This document shows positions 43,056 through 53,055 of a stretch of DNA of 64,000 bases, in pieces (the stretch's first letter is position 1; each line of letters starts with the position of its first letter). Below the pieces are notes generated by a model that saw only the letters and a list, made by a program, of their open reading frames with translations, did not search any database and had not been told where the DNA came from. Made by a program: the position numbers and the translations under genes. This DNA is from an uncultured Bacilli bacterium (GTDB lineage Bacteria; Bacillota_I; Bacilli_A; RF39; UBA660), in contig CANRAF010000002.1 in NCBI GenBank assembly GCA_947628535.1, positions 41,200 through 105,199 on the forward strand. Direction: 5' to 3'.

Positions 43056-45446
43056 CTAATCTTCTATTTTATATTTTTTAAATATGAAGTATCCTCCACC
43101 ACCTATTAAAAGTGCTCCTATTAATACTGTACTTATAGCTATTACACTTCCTGTATCTGGTGCTTTTATTTTTTTAACTTCATTAAATATTTTTAAATGA
43201 TCTAAATCTGTATCTCCATTATCTTTTGATCTATCTAATTTATATAAATTTGATTTTGCACTTGTTAAGTTTACATTACCATTTGAAAGAACTCTAAATT
43301 TTACTTCTGTTTTTAAAGCTTGATATCCTTTTGGTGCTACTTTTTCTGTTAAAGTGTAATCCCCTATTGGAATGTTGAATTCTTTAGGTTCTTTACCTGA
43401 TTTATATTTTAGGAATACTTCTCCTTTTTCATTTTTAATTTCTATTGTTGCTCCAGGAAGTTCTTTTTTATCTGTTATTGATTGTTTACTTATTTTCATA
43501 TCTATTGGCTTGTTTGTTACACTTAAGGTTACTCTCTTTTGAACTTGTCCTGGAATATCTTCTTCTTTTAATCCTTCAAATAAACTTGTATCTCCTTCAA
43601 TATATTTTGTCATTAAATCTTTATCTGTTTCATCTACTTTTAAATCTTTATTTAAATCTGATGCGTAAAATTGTAATGGTGTTTCTTCTATTTCTTCTGC
43701 TATTATTTGTTCTATTATTTTTAAATCATCATTATTTATTTTTCCATCATTTGTTGGATCTCCAAGTTTATATTTTTCAAGAGGTAACATAGGTTCATTT
43801 TCATCTGGTACTGCTTCTGTTCCTTGTTTTACAAATTTTAAAGCATCATTATCTTTACTTAATGTAAAATAAAGTGGTTCTTCAAGTACTTTGTACCAAT
43901 CATTTGCTTTTACTTCTTCTAAAATATAATCTCCATATGGGATATTTTCAAATTCTGCTATTCCTCTTTCATTTGTTATTACATTTGCTACTTCTTTTCC
44001 ATTTATGTCTACTGCTGGAGTTTGTTCTCTATTATCTTGTAGTAATTTAAATTCTACTCCTGCTATTACTGCACCTGTTTCATCATCTTGTTTTAAAATA
44101 GTTACATTACCATATGGAATATTATATAAGGCTTGTACTTCTTCACGATTTGCTTCAATTTCTTCGTTTTGTGGTTTTAAAATTATTGGAATACACAAGT
44201 TTTTAGCTCCAATACTTTCAGATTGTTCTGTATCAACTACATACCCTTCAGGTACTTTTGTTTCTTTTACATAATATGTTTTTTGAGCTGCTTTATCAAG
44301 TGGATAATATAAATTATCCCATGATACTTCTCCATTTTTATTAGTTTCTTTATCTGGAAGAGCATTTCCTAAATAATCTGTTGCTTTAGTTGTACATGCA
44401 TCATCTGTAAATATTCCAAATGTTGCGCCTTGCATATTTTTTCCAGTATATTTATCTATTTTATGAAGTCTAATTTTTCCTTTTCCGATTTCTTGATATT
44501 TATACCCAACATAACCAGTTACTGTTTTAGTGGTTGGAGGAGTAATATATGTAGTTTGTTGTAAATCTTTATCGTTACGAGTATATACTTTCCCACCTGT
44601 TTTAAATACTTTTGACATACTAATTGGGGTTGTTACACTATCATTTTTTGAAGTAATTGTTAATGTTTGCCCACTTTTATTTAGAGTAATACCACTTGGG
44701 GCTGTTCCTAGAGTATATGTTGAAAATACTCCGCGCGAATCTGTTTTATTATTTGTAAAATGATGATTTGCTTCTACATATTTAAGTTCCATTCTATTTG
44801 GATCTTGCAATGCTGCTTGACTTGTATCAAAAGCAAAACTTGGAATTAAATTATGATTTAATACATCTTCTCTTATTTCTACTACTTTCTCTGCAACACT
44901 TGATGCCAAACTACCTGATAATAAACTTTGTATTTGCGATTTAGTAAGTGTTCTCCATTCTTTCGTATCATCAGCAACTTCTTTTGATACAAAATGTACT
45001 AAAACTTGAGTAGCTAATCTTGAAACGGTACATTTATTTTCATTTAAATCACTTTCAGTTTCTTCAGCATAATATCCGTAGGCAAGGGCTCTAGCCATTA
45101 AACTACTATCAACATTGTCATCTGATGAAACATAATCAGGGCCAGTTAAAGTGTCTGAATGATTTAAACTAGGCATACCTTCTTCTGTACAATATACAAC
45201 GTGTCCGTTTGCATTATATATAGTTACATGATTTATGACACCATCGTAGTAACCTGAATTTTTTACACTATTTTTTACAGCATACTTACCATAACTCTCA
45301 TGCAATCCTATTGAACTTGTGCTACATTGCTGATAATGAATAGTTGCGGCGTATACATTTTCTGATATAAAAATACCAATTATTAAAGTCAATGCTATCA
45401 TAAAATATAAATTTATATGCTTTATATGTTTAGACATATCTATCAC
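43056..45446 (-). CDS. cell-wall-anchored adhesin-like protein: signal peptide, CnaB/SpaA-type domains, dockerin-like Ca-binding repeats, C-terminal sorting-signal-like APDTG + TM + KKYK
   Basis: CnaB-like GKIRLHKIDKYTGKNMQGATFGIF and GNVTILKQDDETGAVIAGVEFKL. Dockerin-like DPTNDGKINNDDLKIIEQII and DLNKDLKVDETDKDL. C-terminus KAPDTGSVIAISTVLIGALLIGGGGYFIFKKYKIED. Confidence 0.55.
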   Translation of the reverse strand: MIDMSKHIKHINLYFMIALTLIIGIFISENVYAATIHYQQCSTSSIGLHESYGKYAVKNSVKNSGYYDGVINHVTIYNANGHVVYCTEEGMPSLNHSDTLTGPDYVSSDDNVDSSLMARALAYGYYAEETESDLNENKCTVSRLATQVLVHFVSKEVADDTKEWRTLTKSQIQSLLSGSLASSVAEKVVEIREDVLNHNLIPSFAFDTSQAALQDPNRMELKYVEANHHFTNNKTDSRGVFSTYTLGTAPSGITLNKSGQTLTITSKNDSVTTPISMSKVFKTGGKVYTRNDKDLQQTTYITPPTTKTVTGYVGYKYQEIGKGKIRLHKIDKYTGKNMQGATFGIFTDDACTTKATDYLGNALPDKETNKNGEVSWDNLYYPLDKAAQKTYYVKETKVPEGYVVDTEQSESIGAKNLCIPIILKPQNEEIEANREEVQALYNIPYGNVTILKQDDETGAVIAGVEFKLLQDNREQTPAVDINGKEVANVITNERGIAEFENIPYGDYILEEVKANDWYKVLEEPLYFTLSKDNDALKFVKQGTEAVPDENEPMLPLEKYKLGDPTNDGKINNDDLKIIEQIIAEEIEETPLQFYASDLNKDLKVDETDKDLMTKYIEGDTSLFEGLKEEDIPGQVQKRVTLSVTNKPIDMKISKQSITDKKELPGATIEIKNEKGEVFLKYKSGKEPKEFNIPIGDYTLTEKVAPKGYQALKTEVKFRVLSNGNVNLTSAKSNLYKLDRSKDNGDTDLDHLKIFNEVKKIKAPDTGSVIAISTVLIGALLIGGGGYFIFKKYKIED

Positions 45447-45502
45447 TCCTATTCTCTAAAACTATTATAACTTGAAAAATTAACTAAATCAATAGTTTTT
45501 TA

Positions 45503-46141
45503 TTACTTTTCAGTTAAATTAGCATTTGAAAGGAGCAGTATTTCAAATAGATGTTTATGTCTTTTTTCAAAATTTTTTAAACTTTCTTTTAAATATTTAT
45601 ATGCATATTCAAAATTACTACTTTCTTTATTTGTAAATTCATAATATAAATAAAGAAGTTTATCATAATTTTTATTTAAAAATAAATCATCTATCTCCTC
45701 ATTAAGTCTTTTCCTCATATCTTTTTCTTTTCTCGTTAAACTATCTTTTTCTTTATTTATTTCTCCATTTTGTACATATTTTACATTAGTATACTCAAGA
45801 CTTTCAGCAATTTCTAAAACCTCTCTTTCTTCATCTATTAAAAGTCTTGAAAATAAAATAGGCATACTTTCTTTTATTAAAACTCCTATTGCAATTAGTC
45901 CATCAGTAAAAAGACAAATACTTCCAGCATCTTTCATTCCATTCATTTCATATTTAGGAACTTTAGAAGAAAAGTCACTTGAAAATATTACTTTTTTATA
46001 AAGTATATCTTCTATAACTTTAGTATCTACTTTAAATAAAGTTACTTTTTTTATATATTTAATACTATCAGTATCTTCCCATTCAAAAAATTCAATTAAA
46101 TCTTCATTAAAGTTAAGTAAAATATCATAAATATAAGCCAT
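45503..46141 (-). CDS. hypothetical cytoplasmic protein
   Basis: 212-aa ORF with no recognised motif. Confidence 0.3.
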   Translation of the reverse strand: MAYIYDILLNFNEDLIEFFEWEDTDSIKYIKKVTLFKVDTKVIEDILYKKVIFSSDFSSKVPKYEMNGMKDAGSICLFTDGLIAIGVLIKESMPILFSRLLIDEEREVLEIAESLEYTNVKYVQNGEINKEKDSLTRKEKDMRKRLNEEIDDLFLNKNYDKLLYLYYEFTNKESSNFEYAYKYLKESLKNFEKRHKHLFEILLLSNANLTEK

Positions 46142-46233
46142 AATTATCCCTCAAAAATAGTATATACAATATTTTTTATTTTAATCTGTTTAAAAATAGA
46201 CAAAAATAGTATATAATGTACTAGGTGATAAAA

Positions 46234-47046
46234 ATGGACTTTATAGATATAATAGAATATGTAGTTTTAGGAATTATACAAGGTTTTACTGAACCGCTTC
46301 CAATATCTTCAAGTGGACATTTACTTATTTTTAAAAACTTATTTAATTTGACCGCTTTAAAAGATTTAAATTTTGAAATAATTACTAACTTTGGTTCACT
46401 TCTCGCAGTTTTGTTTTTATATAGAAAGAAAATATTAAAAATTATTAAAGATTTCTTTTTATATTTTAAAGGTAAGGAAGAAAAGTATTATAATAATTTT
46501 AAATATGGAATGTTAATTATTATTGGTACTATTCCCGCGGGAATATTAGGTTTACTTTTTAAAGATAAAATTGAACTTATTTCAGAAAATGTAAAATATG
46601 TTGGAATAGCACTTTTAGTTACTGCTTTAGCACTTTTCATAGTAAAAAGTATAAATGGTAAAAAAGATGATAAAGATATAACTTATAAAGATGCATTAAA
46701 AGTTGGGCTTTTCCAAGCAGTTGCCCTACTTCCAGGTATTTCAAGAAGTGGTGCTACTTTAACAGGAGCTTTGTTATGTAACATTAAAAAAAGTAAAGCT
46801 TTAGATTTTTCATTTATGCTTTATATTCCAATTTCTCTTGCAACAATGCTCCTTGGGGTAACTGATTTAGTAAGTACTCCAAATATTAAAGAGTACATTC
46901 TTCCCTACTTTTTAGCATTTATTGCAAGTGCTGTTGTAACATATTTCTCACTTAAATTATTTATTGATTTAGTTAAAAAGAATAAACTTATTTATTTTGT
47001 TATTTACTGTTTAATTGTAGGTGTGTTAGTAATTCTATTTTTATAA
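46234..47046 (+). CDS. uppP: undecaprenyl-diphosphate phosphatase UppP/BacA
   Basis: GFTEPLPISSSGHL and PGISRSGAT motifs, with 7-8 TM helices. Confidence 0.85.
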   Translation: MDFIDIIEYVVLGIIQGFTEPLPISSSGHLLIFKNLFNLTALKDLNFEIITNFGSLLAVLFLYRKKILKIIKDFFLYFKGKEEKYYNNFKYGMLIIIGTIPAGILGLLFKDKIELISENVKYVGIALLVTALALFIVKSINGKKDDKDITYKDALKVGLFQAVALLPGISRSGATLTGALLCNIKKSKALDFSFMLYIPISLATMLLGVTDLVSTPNIKEYILPYFLAFIASAVVTYFSLKLFIDLVKKNKLIYFVIYCLIVGVLVILFL

Positions 47047-47049
47047 AAA

Positions 47050-47082
47050 TAAGGTTCTATTTTGTAGAACTTTTTTTGTGCT
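47050..47082 (+). terminator. rho-independent terminator after uppP
   Basis: GTTCTA-ttttg-TAGAAC followed by T7. Confidence 0.6.
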
Positions 47083-47127
47083 TTTTTTTAATCTTTAGAA
47101 TACTTTTTGTATTAGGAGATGATAAAA

Positions 47128-48033
47128 ATGACTGTAGGAATTCCTCGTAGCCTTTTTTATTATAGATATCAAACTCTAATTGAAGCTTTTTTTAAAGAAC
47201 TTGATATTGATTATATTGTCTCAAATCCTTCTGATAAAGAGACTTTAGAACAAGGAAAGAACCTCGCACCTTCTGAAGCATGCACAAGTCTTAAACTTTT
47301 TTTAGGACATGTCAAAAGTCTTGCAAACAAATGTGATTTTTTATTTATCCCAAGAATTGAAAGTGTTACAGATAAAGAAAAAGTATGTACTAATTTTTAT
47401 TTATTATATGATTTAGTTAATAACCTATTTGATGTAAATATTTTAAATATAAATATTGACGTTACACATGGAAAAAGTGAGAAAAATGCTTTTATTGAAA
47501 TGGGACTTTATCTTGGATTTTCTTATAATAAAACTTTAAATGCTTATAAAAATGCCAAAGAAAAAGAAGCAAAGGTTAAAAATAATTTAATTCTAAAACA
47601 GACAAATATTTTAACAAATGATAAAAAGAAAATTTTAATTGTAGGACATCCTTATAATGTTTACGATCCTTTAATTGGAAAACCAATTACAGACATACTT
47701 GAAAAAAATGATATTGAAATAGTTTATGCTGATATTTACGATGACAAAGAAATAGATAAAGATACTAAAGACATTTCTGAAGATATATATTTTACTTTTA
47801 ACAAGGAACTTATGGGAGCAGTAAATAAATATAAAGATAATGTAAATGGAATTATTATGCTTTCATCTTTTCCATGTGGCCCTGATTCTTTAACAAATGA
47901 ACTTATTTTAAGAAAAGTAAAAAATATTCCAATTATAAATATTGTAGTTGATGAGGCAAATAGTGAAACTGGTCTTTTGACTAGGCTTGAAAGTTTTATT
48001 GATATTATAAATAAGGAGAATATTTATGAATGA
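47128..48033 (+). CDS. 2-hydroxyacyl-CoA dehydratase D-component-like protein (HgdB/YjiM family), subunit 1
   Basis: About 300 aa with conserved Cys contexts SEACTSL and SFPCGPDS. Overlaps the next gene by 8 nt. Confidence 0.5.
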   Translation: MTVGIPRSLFYYRYQTLIEAFFKELDIDYIVSNPSDKETLEQGKNLAPSEACTSLKLFLGHVKSLANKCDFLFIPRIESVTDKEKVCTNFYLLYDLVNNLFDVNILNINIDVTHGKSEKNAFIEMGLYLGFSYNKTLNAYKNAKEKEAKVKNNLILKQTNILTNDKKKILIVGHPYNVYDPLIGKPITDILEKNDIEIVYADIYDDKEIDKDTKDISEDIYFTFNKELMGAVNKYKDNVNGIIMLSSFPCGPDSLTNELILRKVKNIPIINIVVDEANSETGLLTRLESFIDIINKENIYE

Positions 48034-49093
48034 GAAAATTATATCATTTCCCCATATTGGAGATTATTCCTACTTTGTCAAGCCATTTATTGAAAAATTA
48101 ACTAATATTAAAGTTAAAGTTGCTCCTCCAATTACTAAAAAAACTGTAGAAATTGGAAGTAAATACTCCCCTGATTTTGTTTGTCTTCCTTTTAAATATA
48201 ATCTAGGTAATTATATAGAAACTTTAGAAGATGGAAGTAATATTTTATTTCAGTTTGGTGGTGGATGTAGATATGGTAATTATGCTGAAGTACAAAAAAC
48301 AATTTTAGAAGATTTAGGTTATGAATTTGAATTTTATCAGTTCATAAAAAAAGGTAAAACTTCTTTTAATCACGTTTATAAAATGTTTAAAGGTTTAAAT
48401 GAAAATCTTACCAGAGGAAAACTTATAAAAGAGTTATTTCTTATATTCTTTAGAATTATGTTATTTGATAAAAGTGAAGATTATAGAAGAGGAAAACTTG
48501 AAGAAAAAGAAGGAGAATTTAAAAAGATAAGATCTAGGCTAATTAATGATTTAAAAGATGAAGCAAATGTATTTAAAATTATTAAAATTTATAAAAGTTA
48601 TATGTCAAAGTATAGAAAAGTTAAAAAGAAAAAACCAAAGTTAAAAATCGGTATTATTGGAGAGTTATATACTGCAATGGAACCTTTTGCAACTCATAAT
48701 TTAGAAGATGAACTTAAAAAATACGATATAAGTATAAAAAGGTTTACTGACGTATCTTTTCTTTTGATTTATAAAAAACTACTTAGTCCTTTAGTTAAAT
48801 ATAAAACTAAAAATTATCTAAAATATAAAATTGGAGCAGATGCTACTGATAATGTATATAGAATGTTAATCCTTAAGAAAAAAAGTTACGACGGAGTTAT
48901 TCACACAAAACCATTTGGATGTACTCCTGAAGTTGGAGTAATACCAATTATAAATAAAATATCTAACGATGAAAATCTTCCTGTTATGTTTTTATCATTT
49001 GATGTTCAAACTTCAAATACTGGAATTAAAACAAGAATTGAAGCATTTGTCGATATGTTACTTATGAGAAAGGAGAAGAAAAATGGAAAGTAA
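48026..49093 (+). CDS. 2-hydroxyacyl-CoA dehydratase D-component-like protein (HgdB/YjiM family), subunit 2
   Basis: 355 aa. Cys contexts DFVCLPF, GGGCRYG and KPFGCTPE. RBS AAGGAGA. Overlaps the downstream activase gene by 11 nt. Confidence 0.5.
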   Translation: MNEKIISFPHIGDYSYFVKPFIEKLTNIKVKVAPPITKKTVEIGSKYSPDFVCLPFKYNLGNYIETLEDGSNILFQFGGGCRYGNYAEVQKTILEDLGYEFEFYQFIKKGKTSFNHVYKMFKGLNENLTRGKLIKELFLIFFRIMLFDKSEDYRRGKLEEKEGEFKKIRSRLINDLKDEANVFKIIKIYKSYMSKYRKVKKKKPKLKIGIIGELYTAMEPFATHNLEDELKKYDISIKRFTDVSFLLIYKKLLSPLVKYKTKNYLKYKIGADATDNVYRMLILKKKSYDGVIHTKPFGCTPEVGVIPIINKISNDENLPVMFLSFDVQTSNTGIKTRIEAFVDMLLMRKEKKNGK

Positions 49094-50030
49094 AAAGGCT
49101 TACTTAGGAATAGATGTTGGATCAATTTCTACTAAAGGTGTTATTATAGATGAAAATAACAACATTATTGCTAAAAATTATATATGGACTAAAGCTGATC
49201 CTATTAATGCTACTAAAACTCTTCTTAAAAACTTAAAGAAAGATTTACCTAAAGATTATACTGTTTTATCTGTTGGTACTACTGGTAGTGCCAGGAGATT
49301 AATTGGTATTATGATTGGGGCAAATGTCATAAAAAATGAGATAACTGCTCATGCTATTGGTACCTCTTCCCTATATAAAGATGTAAGAACTATTTTTGAA
49401 ATTGGAGGACAGGATTCTAAAATTATTCTCTTAGAAAATGGAATAGTAACTGATTACGCAATGAATACTATTTGTGCTGCAGGAACTGGAGCTTTTCTTT
49501 CAAGTCAGGCTAAAAGACTTGAAGTCGATGTTGAAGATTTTGGCTCTATTGCCCTTACTTCTAAAAAGCCTACTAAAATTGCTGCTAGATGCACTGTTTT
49601 TGCAGAATCTGATTTAGTTCATAAGGCCCAAATAGGTCATAAAAAGGAAGATATTATTGCAGGTCTTTGTGAAAGTGTAGTTAATAATTATTTAAATAAC
49701 GTAGCAAAGGGTAAAAAAATAAAACCTCCTATTGTATTTCAAGGTGGAGTTAGTAAAAATATTGGAGTTGTTAAAGCTTTTGAAAAGGCTACAAATGAAA
49801 AAATTATAACTGATGAAAATGGTCATTTGATGGGCGCTTTAGGGGCCTCAATTCTCGCCAAAAAAGAAAAAGAAGAAGTTTTTGATTTTAACGTACTTGA
49901 TTTAAATTTTGAAACTCGTGGTTATGAATGTAAAAAGTGTCCTAATCACTGTGAGATAATATGTATAAAAAAAGATAAAAAAATTATCGATGCCTGGGGT
50001 AATAGATGTGAAAAAGGAGCCCTTATTTAA
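49083..50030 (+). CDS. BadF/BadG/BcrA/BcrD-type ATPase (CoA-substrate-specific enzyme activase, HgdC-like)
   Basis: ASKHA fold N-terminus LGIDVGSISTKGVI. C-terminal Cys cluster CKKCPNHCEIICI...GNRCEKG. RBS AAGGAGAAG. Confidence 0.65.
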   Translation: MESKKAYLGIDVGSISTKGVIIDENNNIIAKNYIWTKADPINATKTLLKNLKKDLPKDYTVLSVGTTGSARRLIGIMIGANVIKNEITAHAIGTSSLYKDVRTIFEIGGQDSKIILLENGIVTDYAMNTICAAGTGAFLSSQAKRLEVDVEDFGSIALTSKKPTKIAARCTVFAESDLVHKAQIGHKKEDIIAGLCESVVNNYLNNVAKGKKIKPPIVFQGGVSKNIGVVKAFEKATNEKIITDENGHLMGALGASILAKKEKEEVFDFNVLDLNFETRGYECKKCPNHCEIICIKKDKKIIDAWGNRCEKGALI

Positions 50031-50050
50031 TAAAGCTCCTTTTTGTTTTT
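50011..50050 (+). terminator. terminator after the activase gene
   Basis: AAGGAGC (50014-20) ... GCTCCTT (50035-41) followed by a T-rich run; the loop includes the stop codon. Confidence 0.45.
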
Positions 50051-50143
50051 TATATTTTTTAATACCTAATTATTAATAATAGATTTTTATACTATTTGGT
50101 ATATGTTTTTTATGAATACTTAAATTTCTTATTAACAAAAAAA

Positions 50144-50220
50144 TGGCGCGCCCAGAAGGATTTGAACCCTCAACCTCTTGGTCCGTAGCCAAACGCTCTA
50201 TCCAATTGAGCTATGGGCGC
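50144..50220 (-). tRNA. tRNA-Arg (anticodon ACG)
   Basis: Minus-strand 77-nt cloverleaf GCGCCCA-TA-GCTC...GAGC-G-TTTGG-CTACGGA-CCAAG-AGGTT-GAGGG-TTCAAAT-CCTTC-TGGGCGC-G-CCA. The anticodon loop CT-ACG-GA gives anticodon ACG; the CCA end is encoded. Confidence 0.9.
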
Positions 50221-50312
50221 ATATAAGCCATCAAAGTGATAAATAGATTATACTATAAATTATATAATTTTTCAAGTTAAAAGAAAAAAACAAATTTAAA
50301 TTTGTTTTTCTA

Positions 50313-51008
50313 TTATTTATCGATTTCAAAATAATTACCACTATCTAAATAAAGTTTCCCTGTTTTCCCTTCAAACTTAGTTACCATTTCATTATATTTG
50401 TTAAAATTTTTAAATTTAGGAAGATTAATATAAACTCTATTAGAATCATTCATATATAAAATAAATCTATCTTCATCATATTTTGTTGGTGAGTACATAA
50501 TTTGAGATATTTTTAAAAGTAAATCATAATCTATTTGTTTCATTTTTTTAATAAAATTACCATATTTTGTATCAGGTACATAATTGATAAGTGATGGAAC
50601 ATTTAACTCATATTCTTCGCTATTTTTTATTTCCTTTCCACTATCAAATACTATCATATTAGTGTCATTTCTTATAAAAAGTGGTTTATTTTCTTTTATA
50701 TAAATATGAATTTGTAAAAATAAGTTTTTATCTACCTCTACTTCCTTAATAAAAGGATTTTTTTCTAAAGTTTTTTCTATTTTGTTAGAACTTGTCAAGA
50801 AAAAATTAGGATAATCTTTTAAGTTGGATTCTATTATTACTTCTTCATCTGATATAATACTATTTCCATGAATCACTATAGCTTTTGTATCAAGTTTCAA
50901 TACATAAGCACAAAGCATTATTAAGCCAAAAGAAAAAAGCATGATAAATGTAATTATCAATAAAAATATTCTAAATTTTTTATTTACCTTTTTTCTTCTT
51001 TTTGCCAT
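50313..51008 (-). CDS. divIB: cell division protein DivIB/FtsQ
   Basis: Basic N-terminus, one TM helix and a POTRA-like region (VIHGNSIISDEEV). Lies downstream of murB. Confidence 0.7.
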   Translation of the reverse strand: MAKRRKKVNKKFRIFLLIITFIMLFSFGLIMLCAYVLKLDTKAIVIHGNSIISDEEVIIESNLKDYPNFFLTSSNKIEKTLEKNPFIKEVEVDKNLFLQIHIYIKENKPLFIRNDTNMIVFDSGKEIKNSEEYELNVPSLINYVPDTKYGNFIKKMKQIDYDLLLKISQIMYSPTKYDEDRFILYMNDSNRVYINLPKFKNFNKYNEMVTKFEGKTGKLYLDSGNYFEIDK

Positions 51009-51011
51009 ATA

Positions 51012-51923
51012 TTACTCCCAATTAAATAGTTCTTGTTCTCTGTGAAGATCTATATTATATTTTTCCTTTACTTCTTTTTGTGCTAAATCCATTAAAAATT
51101 TGATATCACTTGAAGTTGCTCCTCCTTTATTAACAATAAAGTTAGCGTGTTTTTCACTTATTTCTCCCCCACCATGGGTATATCCTTTTAAATTACAGTT
51201 TTCAATTAATTTACCAGCATACATATCTTTAGGATTTCTAAAAACTGAACCTGCTGATGGATATTCTAAAGGCTGTGATGCTATTCTTCTTCTTTTTCTA
51301 TCTTCTATTAAATCTATTATTTCATCTTTATCACTTTTTTCAAGAGTTAGATATGCTTTTAAAATAATCCAGTTTTTTTCCATAAAAATTGAATGTCTAT
51401 AACTATAATTTAAATCTTTTTTTTCTAAAGTTTTAAACTCTAAATTTTCATCTAAAATTAAAACTTTATCTAAAACGCTACTTATATCCCCTAAATATGC
51501 TCCAGCATTCATATAAACAGCTCCTCCAACAGTTGCTGGAATTCCGCAGCCAAATTCAAGCCCCGAATAGCCTTTTTTACTCATATTATTAGAAAGAAGA
51601 GCAAAATTATAACCTGCTTCTACTTCTACTTTACCATCTTTAAATTCTAAATTAGATAAAGATGTAAGTTTTATTATTACTCCATTATAATCATTATCAC
51701 TTGCTAAAATATTTGACCCATTTCCAAAAACTTTAAATGGAATTTTATTTTCTTTAATATACTTTACAATATCTTTTAAGCTATCTACATCTTTTGGAAA
51801 CACTACAAGTCTAGCAATTCCTCCAGTTTTATATGTTGTAAGAGTTTTAAAAGAGACATTTTCTTTTAAACTACCAAGTGAGTTTTCATTTATAAAGTCA
51901 ATCAGTTTTTCCAAAACAATCAC
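51012..51923 (-). CDS. murB: UDP-N-acetylenolpyruvoylglucosamine reductase MurB
   Basis: FAD-binding N-terminus (KTGG, GNGSN) and MurB C-terminal domain (GSVFRNP). Confidence 0.85.
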   Translation of the reverse strand: MIVLEKLIDFINENSLGSLKENVSFKTLTTYKTGGIARLVVFPKDVDSLKDIVKYIKENKIPFKVFGNGSNILASDNDYNGVIIKLTSLSNLEFKDGKVEVEAGYNFALLSNNMSKKGYSGLEFGCGIPATVGGAVYMNAGAYLGDISSVLDKVLILDENLEFKTLEKKDLNYSYRHSIFMEKNWIILKAYLTLEKSDKDEIIDLIEDRKRRRIASQPLEYPSAGSVFRNPKDMYAGKLIENCNLKGYTHGGGEISEKHANFIVNKGGATSSDIKFLMDLAQKEVKEKYNIDLHREQELFNWE

Positions 51924-52997
51924 CTATTTTAATAACCTTTCTATTTCATTATATACTCTTGTAGCACTATCAGTTATACCCATTTTTTGGGAAGCAGTAC
52001 TCATTTTTTTATAAAGCGTTTTGTCACTTAATATTTTATCTATTTTATTAATAAAATCTTTTTTATCAAAAGAGTTTTCCTCTATTATGAAAGCTGCTCC
52101 ATTTTTTTCTAAATCTTGAGCATTAATAACTTGATGATTGTTGGCAACATAAGGACTTGGTATTAAAATTGATGGAAGTCCAAGAGCGGTTATTTCCGCT
52201 AAAATGGTAGCACCTGCGCGAGTAACTATTAAGTCTGTAAATTTTAAAACTTCTCCCATATTTTCTATGTATGGAAAAACTTTTACATTTTGAGGAAGTT
52301 TATTTTTAGAAACATCATCATAACCCGCTTTACCAGTTACAAGTAATACTTCATAACTTTTGTTTTCAAAGTCTTTTAAAAGTTCTACTATTTTTTGATT
52401 AACTGTTTCTGCTCCTAAAGAACCCATTGTTATCAAAACAAGTTTTTTAGACATTTTAAGTTCGTAATCTGATTTTATACCTTTTTTAGAAAGTAAAACA
52501 TTCTCACTACGAGGATTACCTGTTAAAACTATATTCCCATTTTTAAAATATTTTTTAGAGCTTTCCATAGAAATGCAAACAGTATCAGCATATTTGCTTA
52601 AGATAAGATTAGCTTTACCTGGTATGCTATTTTGTTCATGAAGAATAATTTTTGCTTTTTCTCCTTTAGCTGCTAAAACAACAGGTACAGTAATGTATCC
52701 TCCTACTCCTATTACAATATCAGGTTTAAACTTTTTCATTATTTTTTTACATTTTCTAACTCCTGATATAGTATTTGTTAAAAAACCTGTTATTTTCTTT
52801 AGGCTTTTGCCAAGACCATTCATTTTTATACCAATGTAATCTATTCCCATATTTGGAATTATATCTTTTTCCATTCTATCAGTTGTTCCAATATAAAGTA
52901 TTTCCGCTTTTTTATCTTCTTCTTTTATTTTATTTATAATACTGATAGCAGGATAAATATGTCCACCTGTTCCTCCAGCAGAAATTATGTATTTCAT
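51924..52997 (-). CDS. murG: UDP-GlcNAc:undecaprenyl-PP-MurNAc-pentapeptide GlcNAc transferase MurG
   Basis: N-terminus GGTGGHIYPA and GT28 C-terminal domain; 357 aa. Confidence 0.85.
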   Translation of the reverse strand: MKYIISAGGTGGHIYPAISIINKIKEEDKKAEILYIGTTDRMEKDIIPNMGIDYIGIKMNGLGKSLKKITGFLTNTISGVRKCKKIMKKFKPDIVIGVGGYITVPVVLAAKGEKAKIILHEQNSIPGKANLILSKYADTVCISMESSKKYFKNGNIVLTGNPRSENVLLSKKGIKSDYELKMSKKLVLITMGSLGAETVNQKIVELLKDFENKSYEVLLVTGKAGYDDVSKNKLPQNVKVFPYIENMGEVLKFTDLIVTRAGATILAEITALGLPSILIPSPYVANNHQVINAQDLEKNGAAFIIEENSFDKKDFINKIDKILSDKTLYKKMSTASQKMGITDSATRVYNEIERLLK

Positions 52998-53055
52998 CCT
53001 ATCACATCCTATTTAATTATATCATTAAAACACTTATATATTAAATATTTTTATG

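Noticed and set aside
50144-50220. tRNA-Arg as an integration site for the adjacent HgdB-like/activase triad
   Set aside because: No integrase gene, no partial duplicate of the tRNA 3' end nearby, and both sides contain housekeeping genes (uppP, divIB); no evidence of an island.
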